Notes: generated by a model not told the origin, from the sequence alone. A DNA stretch of 64,000 bases from Sphyrna mokarran (GCA_024679065.1 JAGIQG010000001.1:151590001-151654000); one strand, 5' to 3'. Counted from the first letter of the stretch, positions 38,751 through 52,456 are shown. Translations and numbers: made by a program.

Positions 38751-39884
38751 TATAAATGTTAGCAGATGATAAACTGCATTTCAACAAAGATATTTGTAAA
38801 ATTGGATTAGTTATATGACCAAGCAAATTACACTTGAGAGATTTTCTCAGCCTAGAAATGAGTTTCCAATCAGTTACATTTTCTTTAAAAGCTATATTAG
38901 ATACAAATTGCCAGGAGTTATCTTGCTGTTTAATGGCACTCTTCCATTATACTTTCCTAGTAGAGAATAATATCTGGCATATGTTAGATTAACAAGGTGT
39001 GGGGAAATGTGGTGAGGTTGGTGTGAGTAATGGTTATGGTCATTTACAATTAGTTAAATAGTTAATGGAAAATGGAAACTATTTATGTTCAAAAAAACTA
39101 TAAATGAATTCTCTGGAGAATGCAAACACGCCTGACAGCTGCCAAGTGATTAGGGAAATGTTGTTCAGGCAGCTAGTCTCACAGCAATTTAAACAAGGAT
39201 GGAACTTCAGCCAATGCCTCAAGCTGTTTTTTTTCCCCATGGAATATTTATGGTTGGGTATCAAACCCTCTGGCATGAAGAATTGATCTAATTTCTATAT
39301 GTTTTCTTGTTATAGTGTGTGTACACTTGCCTAAAAACACATTTGGATCACCAACATTTCTCACACCAACTTTTGCTGCATTAGAGTTAGGTTGTGCTGA
39401 AGTACTAAAAGTAAACATCTGTCTATTTTTCTTAAAAATAAAGGGAATGAGACGAATAACAAACCAATTATGACAAATATTGAGTGAATAGAGAATTAAA
39501 ACTCATATAGAATGAAATGATATAGAAATAAACGCATAAGGATTGATACAGGAGGCAGAAGCCCATGAACTACTGTTCGAACATGATTAAATTTTCTTCT
39601 TGTTAGCCTCCCACCTTGTACCATCCAAAAATTTCAGCTTAACCAAACCTTTGCTGCTTATATCTGTGTGTTCGCTGAGCCACCTGTCTGGTAATGTCCT
39701 GATTTATAAATTTCCATACTATCAAATCCTCCCATATCTTTGTCCTTATCTTTGTAACCTGCTCAAGCTCTTCCACTTACCAAGGGCTTTGTGTTCCTTC
39801 AATTCTGGTCTCTTGTGACAGCCTGATGTTCATGTCTCTGCTTTTGATGGTGATGCTTTCTGTTGCATATGCCTACAGGTCTGG

Positions 39885-40172
39885 AAGGAGGCCATTTGGC
39901 CCATCAAGTCTGCACTGGCCACAATCCCACTCAAGTCCTATTCCATACACCCACACATTTATCCTACTGATCCCCTGACACTAGAGTTAACTTAGCATTG
40001 CCAGTCAACTTAATCCACACATCTTTGGACCGTGGAAGGAAACTGGAGCAGCCAGAGGAAACGTACGCAGACACAGGGAGAATTTGCAAATTCCACACAC
40101 GTAGTCACCCAAGCCAGGAATTGAAGCCAGGTCCTGGTGCTGTGAGGCAATAGTGCATGCCACTGGGCCACC
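39885..40172 (-). mobile_element. HE1-like SINE
   Basis: Same family motifs as the other HE1-like copies. Confidence 0.8.
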
Positions 40173-40799
40173 CCACAAAACACTGCCAGAACGGAAACTT
40201 TAACTTGAACCCTCTGATTAAACTTTGGTCCGATTGAGGTATTAGTTGAAGTGCAGTAATGATTTGAAATACTGAAAAGTAGACCATTTTGGACAAAGAA
40301 AATGGCAATTTTAGTCAGCTGGCAGTGCAATCTTTGACAAAATAATACATGACTATTTGCTGCCTCCCTTGAACTGTCTGCCACTGCAGGTATGACAGGG
40401 TGTTCAAAAGAGTAAATGGATCTGCTGGAGCTAGCAGGATTTTACAATCAATGAAAAACATTTGAGCTGTTATCATTATTGTAGAAAATTGGACAATCAA
40501 TATGCAAACAGCAAACAAAATTGCCAGATAATCTGTTTTTACTATTGGTGAGTGAGGGATAAATATTTGACAGGTTAATTAGGAAAAGCAATGTCAGGTG
40601 TGAAAGAATCTGTTAAATTGAAACTATATTTAACAAGAACTTGCCACAAGTAGATACTGAGAAAGGTATTTTAATGTTTTTGTACAAGAATGAGTGAGCA
40701 ACAAGTAGGTTAGCCAGATGCAAGACTGGAATATTTAAGTACAAGCCAAGGAATGCTTTGTATAAGTGGGGAGCCCAATATTAGTGAAGATGATGACAT

Positions 40800-41270
40800 G
40801 AATGCTGTTCAAAGCAGCTCCATAGCACATGGAGCAAATTAATGCACAAGTTTAGAAACAATTGCGAAAACAGAATTGATGATCAGGCATTTTTGTCATA
40901 TGGTGTCTGGCTAAAGGACATCACGGAATGAATGCAGAATATTTTGCCAGAGGCAAGGGCAAGCAGGTTAACAAAAGTTGTCCTTGATGTTGGAATTAAT
41001 GATGCCAATACAAAAAGAGTTGAGACCTTGCGGAGGTCCAGGGATCTAATGAACAGGAGTTCAAGGGCAGTAATCTCTGGATACTCATACTGTCTCATTC
41101 GAGAGAGTACCAAATTATTAAGGAAAGACAGGTTGGAGACTGATGCGAGGGAAAGGGCTGTGGGGGGTCCTGGTATGGGGCATCTGAATCAGTTCTGCTG
41201 CTGGGGAGGCCTGTATAATATGGAAACTGGAGGCGCAAGTAACCATATGAGATGATGCTATAATGGAAAT
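40800..41270 (+). mobile_element. CR1 ORF1 SGNH/esterase remnant
   Basis: ILPEARA...VVLDVGINDA...AVISG resembles CR1 ORF1 esterase blocks LPGAR, VHVGTND and VVISG. Confidence 0.55.
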
Positions 41271-43099
41271 AAAGATCTGACAAAAACAAGGGGAGGTATG
41301 AGCACTATTTTTAGTCCAACTTACAAAATATTCAGGGGAAAAATAGTGACCAAAATGAATAAGGGCAGGATTGAGCAAATATACTGTTTTAGCAATGGAA
41401 CAGGATGCTGTATTTGTATAGAAGCTATTTGATTATAATTAAGAAACAATGTTGATTTACAGTGTTAGCTGTATATGTTTTCAGTTCTCTTACTGAAGGT
41501 TGGTACAACTAATAGCACCGTGGCCTACGTGATGGATAGGGCAAGGAAGACGGTTCCCAAACTCAGTGCAGCTGGAAAGGGGAGGCCAAGCCTTGTGCTC
41601 TTACCACCAATCTGATCCATATCCCTCTAACCAACTCCCAAAGGAGTCTGAGTTACTGTGGCATCATACACTTTTACATACATTGTAGTAGCCTGAAGTT
41701 ATGACGCCTCCAATTTCTATCCCTTACAAAGCTGGCCAGGCAAATATACGCTGTCCTTGGTGTATATTGGCAAGATAGCAAATTTGACATTTAACTTTTT
41801 TTTTGGTTATGTTACGAATACAACTTCCTTGGTAATCAAATCCTGTGGAATTTAGTATGAACCACTACGCCACAAGACCTCCAAGTGTATAGGATCGGCC
41901 AGAAAATAATGAACTGAACTCAAGGAACACATTTTTAGGCAAACTGCAGAAACATTCCAGAAATTTAAGTGAATGATATAAATGGAAGGCTTCAATTTTC
42001 CTCATGTGACCTGAGAGAGACTGCATGGATCAGGTGGAAGGTGGAAAATCAGCCTGATTTTGCTGAATGGTGGAGTAGGCTCGAAGGGCCAAGTATCTGG
42101 CTCCAATTTCTATTTCTCACATAACAATCCAGCACTGCTTCCTTCCTCATATGACCAAAAGTAGATTATGGCTCACTGGGACAGCATTTGGAAACAATGA
42201 TTACACTATAATTAGTTTTAGAGTGCTTATCAAAAAGGACATGGAACATTCAAATATGAAACTCCTCAATTGGCAGAGGCTTCATTTTAGTGTGGATTGA
42301 ACTCAATGACTGGCTAATAAACAGTAAATGTTCATTGGGAGCTCTAAGAAAAAAATTGCATTTATATAGCACTTTTCCTGACCTTGGGACATATTTATGG
42401 CTAATGAAGTACTTTTGATATGTAGTTACTGTTGTGTAAGAAATAGGATGGTCTATTTGTACAAGTTCCCATAAATAGCAATGTGATAATAACCAGATTA
42501 TCTGTTTTTGTGATGTTTGAGGAATAATTATTGGTCAGGTTCACCCTTTTTTCAGAACAGTATAATGGTATCTTGTGTATTCATTTGATGTCTTAGCCAA
42601 ACACTGGCATTTATGATAGTTCTGTACACCCTCAAATGTTAGCCTTGAGCATAAAAATCAAGTTTAGAAGTGATACACTTAGATAATACAACAGAGAACC
42701 ATGTAACCAAGTCATTAAATGCGGTGAATTGTTGAGGCCCCATCATCAATCCTTGTGGGACACTACTAATCATTTCAAATACTAACTATTGTTTTTCTAC
42801 TTTCTCTTAAAAGTTTAACCAATTGCCTAACCAGAGCAATAATTTGCTGCCAGTTTAATAAGCTTCAACTTTAGTTAACAGTCTCTTATATGGCATCTTA
42901 TCTAAAGGCTTCTGCATATAAAATACATCGATAACATTTCCAGTCTATTAAAAAAATTAAATTAGTTTTTTTTAAAAACATGACTCTTTTCATAATGATT
43001 TTCTCTTAACAGCTCAAATTTCTTCTCAGCACTCTCTGCCTTTAATTATAGATTCCAGTAACTTACCTACCATAGATTTTAAACAAGCATGTAATAGTC

Positions 43100-43940
43100 T
43101 TGATAGCAAATTTGAAGCTCAGTGGATTATAGAGACAGTGGCTGCATGGATAAAGAATTGGTTACAGGACAGAAAGCATAGTAGTGGTAAATTGTTTTTA
43201 AGAATGGAGACAGATACCTAGGATCAATATTAGGACCATTTGTGATGTATATAAGTGACTTGGTATATAATACAGAAATTCTAAGTTTATGTATAAAATA
43301 AAACTCAAATGTAGTAACAGGAAAAGGAAGATGGTTACAGACTTTAGAAGTGAAATGCTCAGACACATGACGGATGAAATTTAATGCAGGGAAGTGTGAA
43401 GTGATTAACTTTTGGTGGACAGGATAAGGTGAAGTCCTATATCTAAATGGTAGAATTATAAATATGAGGTATAGGGAGAGAGAGAGAGAGACCTGGAAGT
43501 TACATGTACAAGGCATTGAATATTTCAGAGTAAGTTGAGAAGAACTGTTAAGTAGATCTATGGAAGATTTGATATCTAGAGCAACATCAGGGAAATAATG
43601 CTAAGCCTTTATAAAATTGTTTAGGTATCAGCTGGATATTTGCGCTCTAATCTGAGCACCACACTTCCTGAAGGATTCAAGGTATTTGAGATGCTGCAGA
43701 GATTTACTAGAATGATACCAAGAATAAAGAGCTTTAGTTGCATAGTAATACTGGAGAAATCCTGGAGAAACTGGGGTTGTTTTTCATTGAGCAGGGAAGA
43801 TTCAGAGAAGAGTTGATAGAGGTATTCAAAATCATGAAGGGTGTTAATAGCGACAATAAGAAGAAACTTTTTCCAGTGAGAAAGGGAGGTCATTGGCCAC
43901 AGAATATTTGGCAAAGGAAACAGATGTAGCATGAAGAAAC
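43100..43940 (+). mobile_element. Decayed CR1 LINE ORF2 fragment
   Basis: WIKNWLQDRK, FNAGKCEVI and LEKLGLFFIEQGRFREELIEVFKIMKG. Confidence 0.8.
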
Positions 43941-43944
43941 TCTA

Positions 43945-44825
43945 AATAAGAAATAGGAGTAGGAGTAGGCCATCCAGCCCCTTGAGCCTGCCCTGCCATT
44001 CAATAATCTATAGTGGTTCAGTACCACTTCCCTACTTTCTCCCTATATCTCTTAATTACTTTATCCACCCTTGACTTGAACATATTCAGTGAGGAAGCCT
44101 CCACCACCTCATCAGGCAGAGAATTCCAAAGATTCACTTGCATGAAGAAACTCCTCCGCAACTCTGATCTAATTGCCACCCCCCCCTTCCAATGTTGAGG
44201 CTGTGCCCTCTAGTCCTGCTATCTTTGCTAAGTGGGAAGAGTCTCTCAACCTCTACCCTATCCATCCCCTTCATTATCTTATACGTCTCTATAAGATCCC
44301 ATCTCAGCCTTCTAAACTCCAAGGAGTACAAACGTAGCCTATTCAGTCTCTCCCCATAATCCAACACCCTCATCTCCTGTATCAGCCTAGTAAACCCCCC
44401 TCCAAGGCCAATATATCCTTCCGTGAATGTGGTGATCAAAACTGCACACGGTACTCCAGCTGTGGCCTGACCAGTACCCTATACAGCTGCAACAGAACCT
44501 CCCTATTTTTATATTCTATCCCCCCTAACTATAAAGGCCAACATTGAATGCGCCTTCTTAATCACCTGCTGCACCGGCATACTGTGTTTTTGCGATTCAT
44601 GCACAAGGACCACCCCCACCCACACCCCCCAGGTCCCTCTGCACCGTCGCATGCTGCAGCTTTTCTCCATTTAAATAGTCTTTCCTACCATTATTCTTAC
44701 CAAAGTGGATAACCTTACACTGGCTAACATTGTACTCCATCTGCCAAGTCCTCACCCACTCACAACTTATCCAGATCCCTCTGCAGGCTTTCCACACCCT
44801 CCATGCAATTTGCTTTTCCATGCAT
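43945..44825 (-). mobile_element. CR1 LINE 3' fragment
   Basis: TWQMEYNVSQCKVIHFGKNN and LNRLRLYSLEFRRLRWDLIETYKIMKGMDRV. Confidence 0.88.
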
Positions 44826-45569
44826 CTTTGGGTCATTATGAGTTCTTATGATCTGAAATGCACTGTCTGAAAAAAGAATGGAAGCAAATTCAATTGTAAC
44901 TTTCAAAAAGCAACGACAAATACTTGGAAGAGGAATGTTTACAGGTCTGTGGAGAAATGAGAAGGTGAAAGGATGAAGGGCCATATGACTTCTGCGTTCT
45001 ATCATTTTTATGATCACTTCCATAGGATTTCAAATTAAGGCTATGTATGCACAGAGTTCACCTTACTTTTAATCTCTAAAATGAAATCAGAGCTTTACAA
45101 CTGTAAAGGAAGTGGATTAAAACTTTCATCAGCATCCTGCAAGATTTTGAGATGACAGCATGTGAGTTATGGAAATGGAATGGGCTTTAAGATGAGGCTA
45201 TTGGTGGTTCTGATCAGACCTGCATTGGAGCAGGAAGAAGCTGGAAGATTGTGGTTGGAAACTGCAGTTATGGGTGAAGGGGAAGAGCTAGACTGGATTG
45301 GGATCAAAAAGTGGCAACATGGAACTGAGGCCACTGACTTTGGGGATGGTAAAGTGAAGACAACTAATCTTATACATTTCTTTATGGAGGCAAAAGCTCC
45401 ATTTCTTATACTGATTGGCAGATGAAGGTTAGGTTTTGGAAACACAGGATAGGTGGTGGGTTCAGAGTGCAGTCTCCCTGAACTGCCACATAGCAGGAAC
45501 TTGGGCGTATGGTGCTTCTTGGCAGCAGACTCTGGGGATGCTTAAGCTCAACAACACCTGGGGTACTGG

Positions 45570-45930
45570 AATGTGGCATTACTAAGATGGCACATAAGCC
45601 ATTTGGCTTCTCAAGTCTACTCTGCCATTCAAATAGATCATGGTTGATCTTCCATCTCTCTAATTTTCCTGTACCAGCTCCGTAATCTGAAACTATGTCC
45701 CCTGGTAGTGAACCCTTGTAGCCAGGGAAACAGCTTGCATCTACCCAACATACCCAAGAATTTTTTACCTTCAATAAGATCACCTTTCAGTCTTCTTAAT
45801 TCTAGATATGATAAGGCCAATCACCTGAACTTTTTCTCAAAAGGCAATCCAGCCATTGTAAAAAACAATCTAATGAAACTTTGTTGCATTCCCTATAGCA
45901 AGCTTATCTTTCCTCAGGTAAGGAAACCAG
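45570..45930 (-). mobile_element. CR1 LINE 3' fragment
   Basis: LELRRLKGDLIE...TRGHSFRLR. Confidence 0.7.
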
Positions 45931-46405
45931 CTATCATGTGGGTTCTTGGTACCAAGAGCACATATATTTTAATGAATTTGCCCCATTTACAAAACGTAAC
46001 TAATTTTACTTTTTACTCTTTTACCCAGAGTAAATACATACATTACCCAAATATATCCTCTTTTATTAAATTTATGTATGACCTATATGAAGACAGTATA
46101 TGATATTTACACAATTTCACCAGTCTGGAAAGGTTGCTCTTTCTAATTATCTGTGAGATGTTGAAAAGCAATAATGGATATATTTTGCCAGTGGTTGCCT
46201 CCTTCATTGCCTAATGTTCCTCTTTCTTTCTAACATTGCATCAGTGTGCTTCTTCTGAGCCTTCTTTGATTACCAAGGTTTTCCTTGCGTTGTCTTAAAG
46301 TTTGCTTTTCCAGAGCCCTTTTTCTTTCATTATTCCTGAGGAAATGGTTCCTCTTCTTGTCCCCACGCCCTTTTGGGAATTCGCCTTCTCTGCTGGCTGG
46401 AATAT

Positions 46406-46637
46406 ACTGTAGAGATGCCGGCATTGGACTGGGGTAAACTCAGTAAAGTTTTACAACACCAATTTTAAATCCAACCAATTTATTTGATAGTAAATTCGTG
46501 AGCTTTTGACTTTATAGCCTTCGTCAGTCATTGAAGACCAGAACACCTTTTGCCTGATGAAGGCTATTAAAGTCGAAAGCTCGCAAATTTACTATCAAAT
46601 AAATTGGTTGGATTTAAAATTGGTGTTGTAAAACTTT
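46406..46637 (-). mobile_element. Palindromic Penelope-derived element, family B, copy 1, with hammerhead ribozyme motifs
   Basis: About 87-bp inverted arms 46441-46527 and 46554-46641; one-sided tail GAGATGCCGGCATTGGACTGGGGTAAAC; flanking direct repeat GCTGGAATAT at 46396-46405 and 46638-46647. Confidence 0.85.
46549..46587 (+). ncRNA. Putative minimal type I hammerhead ribozyme
   Basis: TTTGC-CTGATGA-A-GGCT attaa AGTC-GAAA-GC-TC-GCAAA: stem I TTTGC/GCAAA, intact CUGANGA and GAAA boxes, 4-bp stem II, palindromic AGCT stem III, UC cleavage site. Confidence 0.65.
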
Positions 46638-46879
46638 GCTGGAATATTTGTCATCAAAGCTATGCTACCACTTGTACTCTGAACCAGGTTTTGAGTGGTT
46701 TCCTTTTCTTTATACATGAATGCTGGGCTTCCCCCTGGGTCCAAGAACTTACATTGCAGAATTAAAAAACATATTTTTACTCCCTTCTTGAAATTATGAA
46801 GTCAATGCACAGAGTAAATTAAGTGAGCCAGAATCCATTTTTAAAATTTAATTATGTCAAAAATAGGCTTAAATTACAA

Positions 46880-47125
46880 GGGCAAAGAAGTTACTGTGAA
46901 AATCCTTTATTCACCACCCTCTGGCACCTGTTCAGGTACACTGAGGGCAAATTTAACATAGCCAATGTATCTAACCAGCACATCGTTCTGACTGTGGGAG
47001 GAAACTGGAGCACCCAGAAGAAGCCCACGCAGATGTGGGAAGAATATGCAGACTTTGCACAATGACCCAGACTAGGGATTGAACCCAGGTCCCTATGAGG
47101 CAGCAGTGCTAACCACTATGCCACT
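46880..47125 (-). mobile_element. tRNA-derived SINE
   Basis: GGGAGGAAACTGGAGCACCCAGAAGAAGCCCACGCAG...GCAGCAGTGCTAACCACTATGCCAC. Confidence 0.75.
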
Positions 47126-48537
47126 CATTGCTTGCTCCACTAACCAAATTGTAATTGAATTCAATTCATGATCTCTACAACATCCAAGCTGACAATAAAA
47201 AAAAATTGCACTCCCATCTTGGGTTTGATCTTAGCCAAAGGCTAAAAGGAATTTTGTGCAGATACAGATTGCCACCGGACTGCACATGTGGAAAGGCCAA
47301 AGTCCGTCAGAAATTGAAGTTCCCAACCTCCATCTCAACAGTAAGATTTCAGTTTTATAATATTCTCCACAGGTATTTCTTGTGAAAGACCACTGGTTAG
47401 CCTAACAAGGCCAACGTGACCTCTGTCTCCTTGAACCAGATTAAGTTGACCTAACAACCCAACACAAATCTACATCAGCTTGAAACAAAGTTCTAAGAAA
47501 ATCCATGGAAGTGAATAACTGCAATTGAACAAAAACTAATTTGTTGTAACATTAGGAAAATAAATACTTGGCACAATGGGAATCTGCCCAAGAGATGTAA
47601 TGAGGGTCTGGTGGCTGGATTTCTTCATTTTCCTCATCCCTAAACACAGCCTAATCAAATTTCTTACAATGGATTCGCGACTTTGTCAGGATTCCTATTA
47701 TGTCACTGCTGGGGATGAGGACAATTGTGGGAAAACTTTCCCCTGACATAAACGATGATTTGGGCACCTTGTGAGATTTTTTTTCCACTTCCATTACTTG
47801 AACCGCCCAAGAAGAATGGGAGTGGAAACGCTTGTCCTATGTTTCTGCAACCTATTCAGCACCAGCATCTTTGAAGATTCCATATGCAAGTAGGAGAAAC
47901 ACCTAACAGATCGTAAAGGAATTTGCTGTCTCAATAGATGTAATTTTTTTTTTAGAAGAAATTGATTTGGAGTCTCAGCTCAATTTTTAGATCTTCTGCT
48001 GCATTTCCTGCATGCTTACATTGGAAGTGTATGAGAGGTACAGATTTTCAGTCTGTTACAAACAACTGTATTGCAGATCAATAGATTTCCAACACTGGCT
48101 CATGACCTGGTGCCTAATAGACTGTGGTAGGTATGGGAGGGAGGATAAAAGCAAAGATCTTCATCTAATAGTCTCACCAAATAAATACCAACTTCTTCCA
48201 TCATGTTTTGTTTAGAGGTTTCAAATTTCCTTTCAGATTCTGATTACTTAGAATTTAGAATCTCTTTAACGGGCTGACATTTAATTTATCTCTCAGTTTT
48301 TAAATTTAGTTTATTTTGGTTACCCAATAGAACTGCATAACCTTTGATCAAAGTTCTGATTAGAATAAGTAAGTAAGCTCTGGTGCCTTTGTTCAGTGGG
48401 AATGGATGGATTGCGAAACTCACATTTCTGCAGCATCTCTAGCACCAACTTTGAAGCTTCCTTATGCAGTTGGGAAAAACATCCAACCATTCATAGAAGA
48501 AATTGTTGCCTCAGTTGATGCTTTTAGGAAGAACATT

Positions 48538-48640
48538 CTGATGAAGAGTCGTCATTGACCTGAAATGTTAACTTTATTTCTCTCTATAGGTACCTCCTGA
48601 CCTGCTGAGTATTTCCAGCATTTTCTGTTTTTATTCCTTT
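48538..48640 (+). mobile_element. Penelope-derived pseudo-LTR, family A, with hammerhead-like core
   Basis: CTGATGA-(gtc...gac)-GAAA-TGTT followed by CTGACCTGCTGAGTATTTCCAGCATT. Confidence 0.7.
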
Positions 48641-49868
48641 TTTGGAAGAGATTGCCTATCTGGGTCCCAGTCCAATTTTCAGATTTCTGCTGCATTCCTG
48701 GCACATTTATGTAAAAATGCATGAGGGGTATGAATTTTCAGCCCAAGTCCACTCCACTATTTCCTATTAAGATGTTATATGAGGATTCTGTGGTTAAAAT
48801 GACACGTAACCCATGTTTCATTTTTACTTTGGTAAGTCTGACACATTAAAATCAAACCTCAAGTGTTTTTCCTCCATTATTCTTATGAAAAACCAACAGT
48901 TTACTTCAGGGTCTTTGATTTTTTAACCAAAATGTAGAATTTACTTGACCACTGATGCATCTTTTCATTGCTGATATTCCGAAAGATCAAGATACTGAGC
49001 ACTGTAGAAGCAATCAAATTCCTCTTTCCTTCTTTAAAGATGCGCCTTATATCCTCTCAGAGCAATCTTTTGGACATCAGCCCAAATATTTTGTAATGTA
49101 GCTTGGAATCCAATTGTATTGGTAATGTTTTTATAAAGCATCTTGTGATGTTTTAATCACATTGAAAGTTCTAAATAAATAGGAGATTTGGTAATTGTGG
49201 AAAGGTTTGTAGAGGGAGCTGAAGGCAGCTGAAAGCAGAGTCAGCAATGACGGCACAAATTAAAATTGTGGGTGTGTAAAGGGGCAAATGGCAGAGTGCC
49301 GGGAACTGGAAAGGTTGTAGGGAAGGAAATTACAAAAATGAGGAGAGGCAAGTATATGAAAGGGTTTAACAAACAAGGCTGAGAAGTTTATTGCCGCAGC
49401 CAATGAAAGTCAGCAAATATGACTCAATGGGATTTGGTGCAAATTAGGATACGGGCGTCAGAGTCTTGAATGCACCATTCTAGCCATTTGTGCACAATCA
49501 GCTACATATCCCAATCAGCTACATATAACATCAAGCTCGTTATGGCTAATAGGGTCTGTGCACACATGAATAAGACAGAAAGAGAACATAAAATTGGCAG
49601 AGTTCACCAAATGGTTTTTTCCAGCTTAACAAAATACACTGCCTAGTCATTGAATATGAATAAACATATTAAATACCATTTGGTCCATGGTAGGGAGGTG
49701 GCTTGGGGATGAACATTATGTGATAAATTTCAACTCATCAGGGTATTTGCACAAATTATTAGAAAATAAATTCAAACACCCTGAGCAGAATATTGTCATT
49801 GATTTAATTTTACATTTACATTATGACTGACATTTCCGTAACTTGCATTAAAATACAAGTAGTGTAGC

Positions 49869-49940
49869 TTTATTATAATGAGTAACCATGACTATGTGCA
49901 ATTTACAGAGAGAAAAGGTTCTTCAGCCAATATATTTATT
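49869..49940 (-). terminator. Candidate GAB1 polyadenylation signals (minus-strand AATAAA at 49940-49935 and 49874-49869)
   Basis: Hexamers at the end of about 1.6 kb of repeat-free AU-rich sequence after the stop. Motif evidence only. Confidence 0.4.
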
Positions 49941-51459
49941 TTAGATACAAAGGCTGTGAGTTGGAAAACTACAAACATACACGTAAAATCATCATTCATT
50001 CAAGATTTAATGATAAAATCTTTGATGGACTTCAACATTTTTATGCATATAGACAATTTCTGTAAATACAAAGGTTAGTAACTTTTAGTACATTTACAGT
50101 TTGTAAGCACTTTATAAGTGATCTGAAGAGAAAAAGTTTTTATGTACAACACAATTATCACATTCGAGATAAGGCGGTGGTTACATTAGTGAAATGATGT
50201 AGATGGCTCCTGGAGATGAGGGTTTCACATAACTGCTGTTATAAAGCAGCAGGTGGCATTTGTTTTTAAATCTAGGTACTGCATCCCAGATCTCCAAATG
50301 CAAAAGCATTGATGCAACTATCTGTAAAATCAAACTTAAGAGCTGAAAGTAGGACAAAAAATTGCACAGTTTTTGCTAAAACGGAATTTGTATATTTTGA
50401 AATAAGGCTCTCAGATACAAGCACGCTAGAATTTGCCAGAAGGTACCACCTGAGCATAAACGTTATGAGACATTTTTGTGGCATATCAAACTAGTTTTTC
50501 TCTGGATCAGTGATATGGAATGCACGACTCTACCCTGCTGAATCTGCACTCTAAGTTTATTTTTAAATCCAGGCATGTAAATCATATTAAAAGGAATAAA
50601 ATTTCAACTTTCCAGAGTTATGAACTCAACAACTGTTGAGTGAGTGTTCCTCCTCTGCATTAGCAATGACATATACACCAAAGAATGCAAAATCATTGGC
50701 ATCTATGGTTCATACTGCTTTCAAATCTGGAAAGGAACTTGATGGGATTTTTGAATTTTCTTTTTGTAGATAATTATTGGTAATGGTCATCTAAAGGTCA
50801 CTGCCAGCAATGTTGCTCTAGAGTTTGAATGAGTATTAGTAGTTCTACTGTAACTACTTCTGTTAAGTCTAATGTGTCAAAAAAATTGTCTTAACTAAAC
50901 CTAGCTTAAATAAACCTAGACTTTGATTTTTTTTAAAAAAAACTTGAAAATTAGTTTAGCTAGAATGTACTTTTCAGACTGGATGTTTAAAATTTTCCAT
51001 TTGGACTAGAATTTTTTTTTAAAAAGTGAAGTTATTTTCTACATAGATAGGATTGACTTTTGAGGCCAGATGCCTGCAATAACTAACAGCTGGTCCTTGT
51101 ACCCTAAGTAACTCTTCCAAATGATATTTTAAAACTGAATATTAGAGCGCTTAAAGCATCCCAAGTCCAAATGCAGTGAACATGCAGAGTCAAAGGTAGT
51201 CTCCGCAGACAATGTATAAAATCCATACAACTTGCACTTAATTAGTTATCACCTTGGTTCCAATAATTTCCCCTTTCTGATGATGTATGTTGCTTGTATG
51301 TAAAGTTTTGACTCTCTGGCCATTAAATCACCTCTGACCGCTTTATAAACAGACTGATGGCTTACTTGCGTAGGGCACACTGGCTAGAAGGCCATTAGCG
51401 GCAGGATAGTAAAGGCATCTCAACAAGGCATGATGGTCTGTTTGAATGACGGTGTTGGG

Positions 51460-51615
51460 TCACTTTGCATTTTTAGCTGGGGTCTCTGACTCAGTAGACT
51501 GTCTTTCATCAGTCCATGCCTTTCTGGTGTTCTTCAGTGCAAGTGTTCTCTCTTGGTCCACCAATACATAATCTACTTTTTCATCGGCTGGTACTGTACC
51601 TGTACCATTACTTTT
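51460..51615 (-). CDS. GAB1: GAB1-type terminal coding exon, stop TGA at 51462-51460
   Basis: ttatttcAG acceptor. Translates [51 protein letters not shown] (human ...[38 protein letters not shown]). Confidence 0.93.
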   Translation of the reverse strand, partial: KSNGTGTVPADEKVDYVLVDQERTLALKNTRKAWTDERQSTESETPAKNAK

Positions 51616-51839
51616 CTGAAATAAAACAAACAGAAAATTGCAGTACTACTCAGTTTTTACTCCAAGCAATTACCATCTGCAAGTTCAATTATCTGAAGAT
51701 GGCACTGGAGCAAGGCGGCTTGTTGCGAGCTGCCCCCAGCATAATCTCTAATTCTGTCTTTTACTCTCATCCTAGGCTTTTAAAACTGTGTTCTAACTCT
51801 TTTAAATCTTCTAATGATTCTCTATTTCAGTCTCTTTCA

Positions 51840-51957
51840 TTCTGCACTTTCCCCTTTTCTTCTCGCCTATGTATTCTATGAATGGTGTGCTCTCTGTTTT
51901 TGGACATAAGGAACAATTCTTATCCAATATTTGTGACAATAATAAATCAAATCAATA
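51840..51957 (+). mobile_element. Rex1-like LINE 3' tail fragment
   Basis: Ends GTGACAATAATAAATCAAATCAA, like 12056-12077. Confidence 0.6.
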
Positions 51958-52456
51958 ATCAAGGAGAAACTTGAAGGAATGCAAGCCAATAAAGAATTGT
52001 ATTGGCTGGATACATAACAATATCAAAGTGGAATTATATTTCCAAAGTCAGGCACATCTGAGTCAACACTATAATAAATCTGAAGTGCCAAATTCTGTGT
52101 AAATTATCAGTTGTTCCAGCATACTTGGACACTAGCCTTTAACAACAATAGTTTGTCAATGCTGTACTTCTGGATTAAAGGAAGGTTTGGAATCTCTGAA
52201 ATAAAACTATTATGTAGAAACTCATAAGGTGAATTACCCAATCAAAAGCAACTCTTATACTTTAAAAAAATTGCAGACGTCACATGTATTGGGATACAAT
52301 GAATTGCAGATTATAGTCATGTTTAAATGGTCCTAGTACAATATAGCATAACTGGATAGTGGTGTTATAATGGCATTTTTGTAGCCAATTATGGATACAT
52401 TTTAAACATTATGTGCAATGGACTGCAAGCACTCATCAGCAGTACATGAAGTGTAC

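Noticed and set aside
46441-46641. Long hairpins (also 53994-54225 and 61675-61847) as miRNA genes or DNA-transposon MITEs
   Set aside because: One-sided tails, 10-12 bp TSDs and hammerhead cores fit Penelope-derived elements better.
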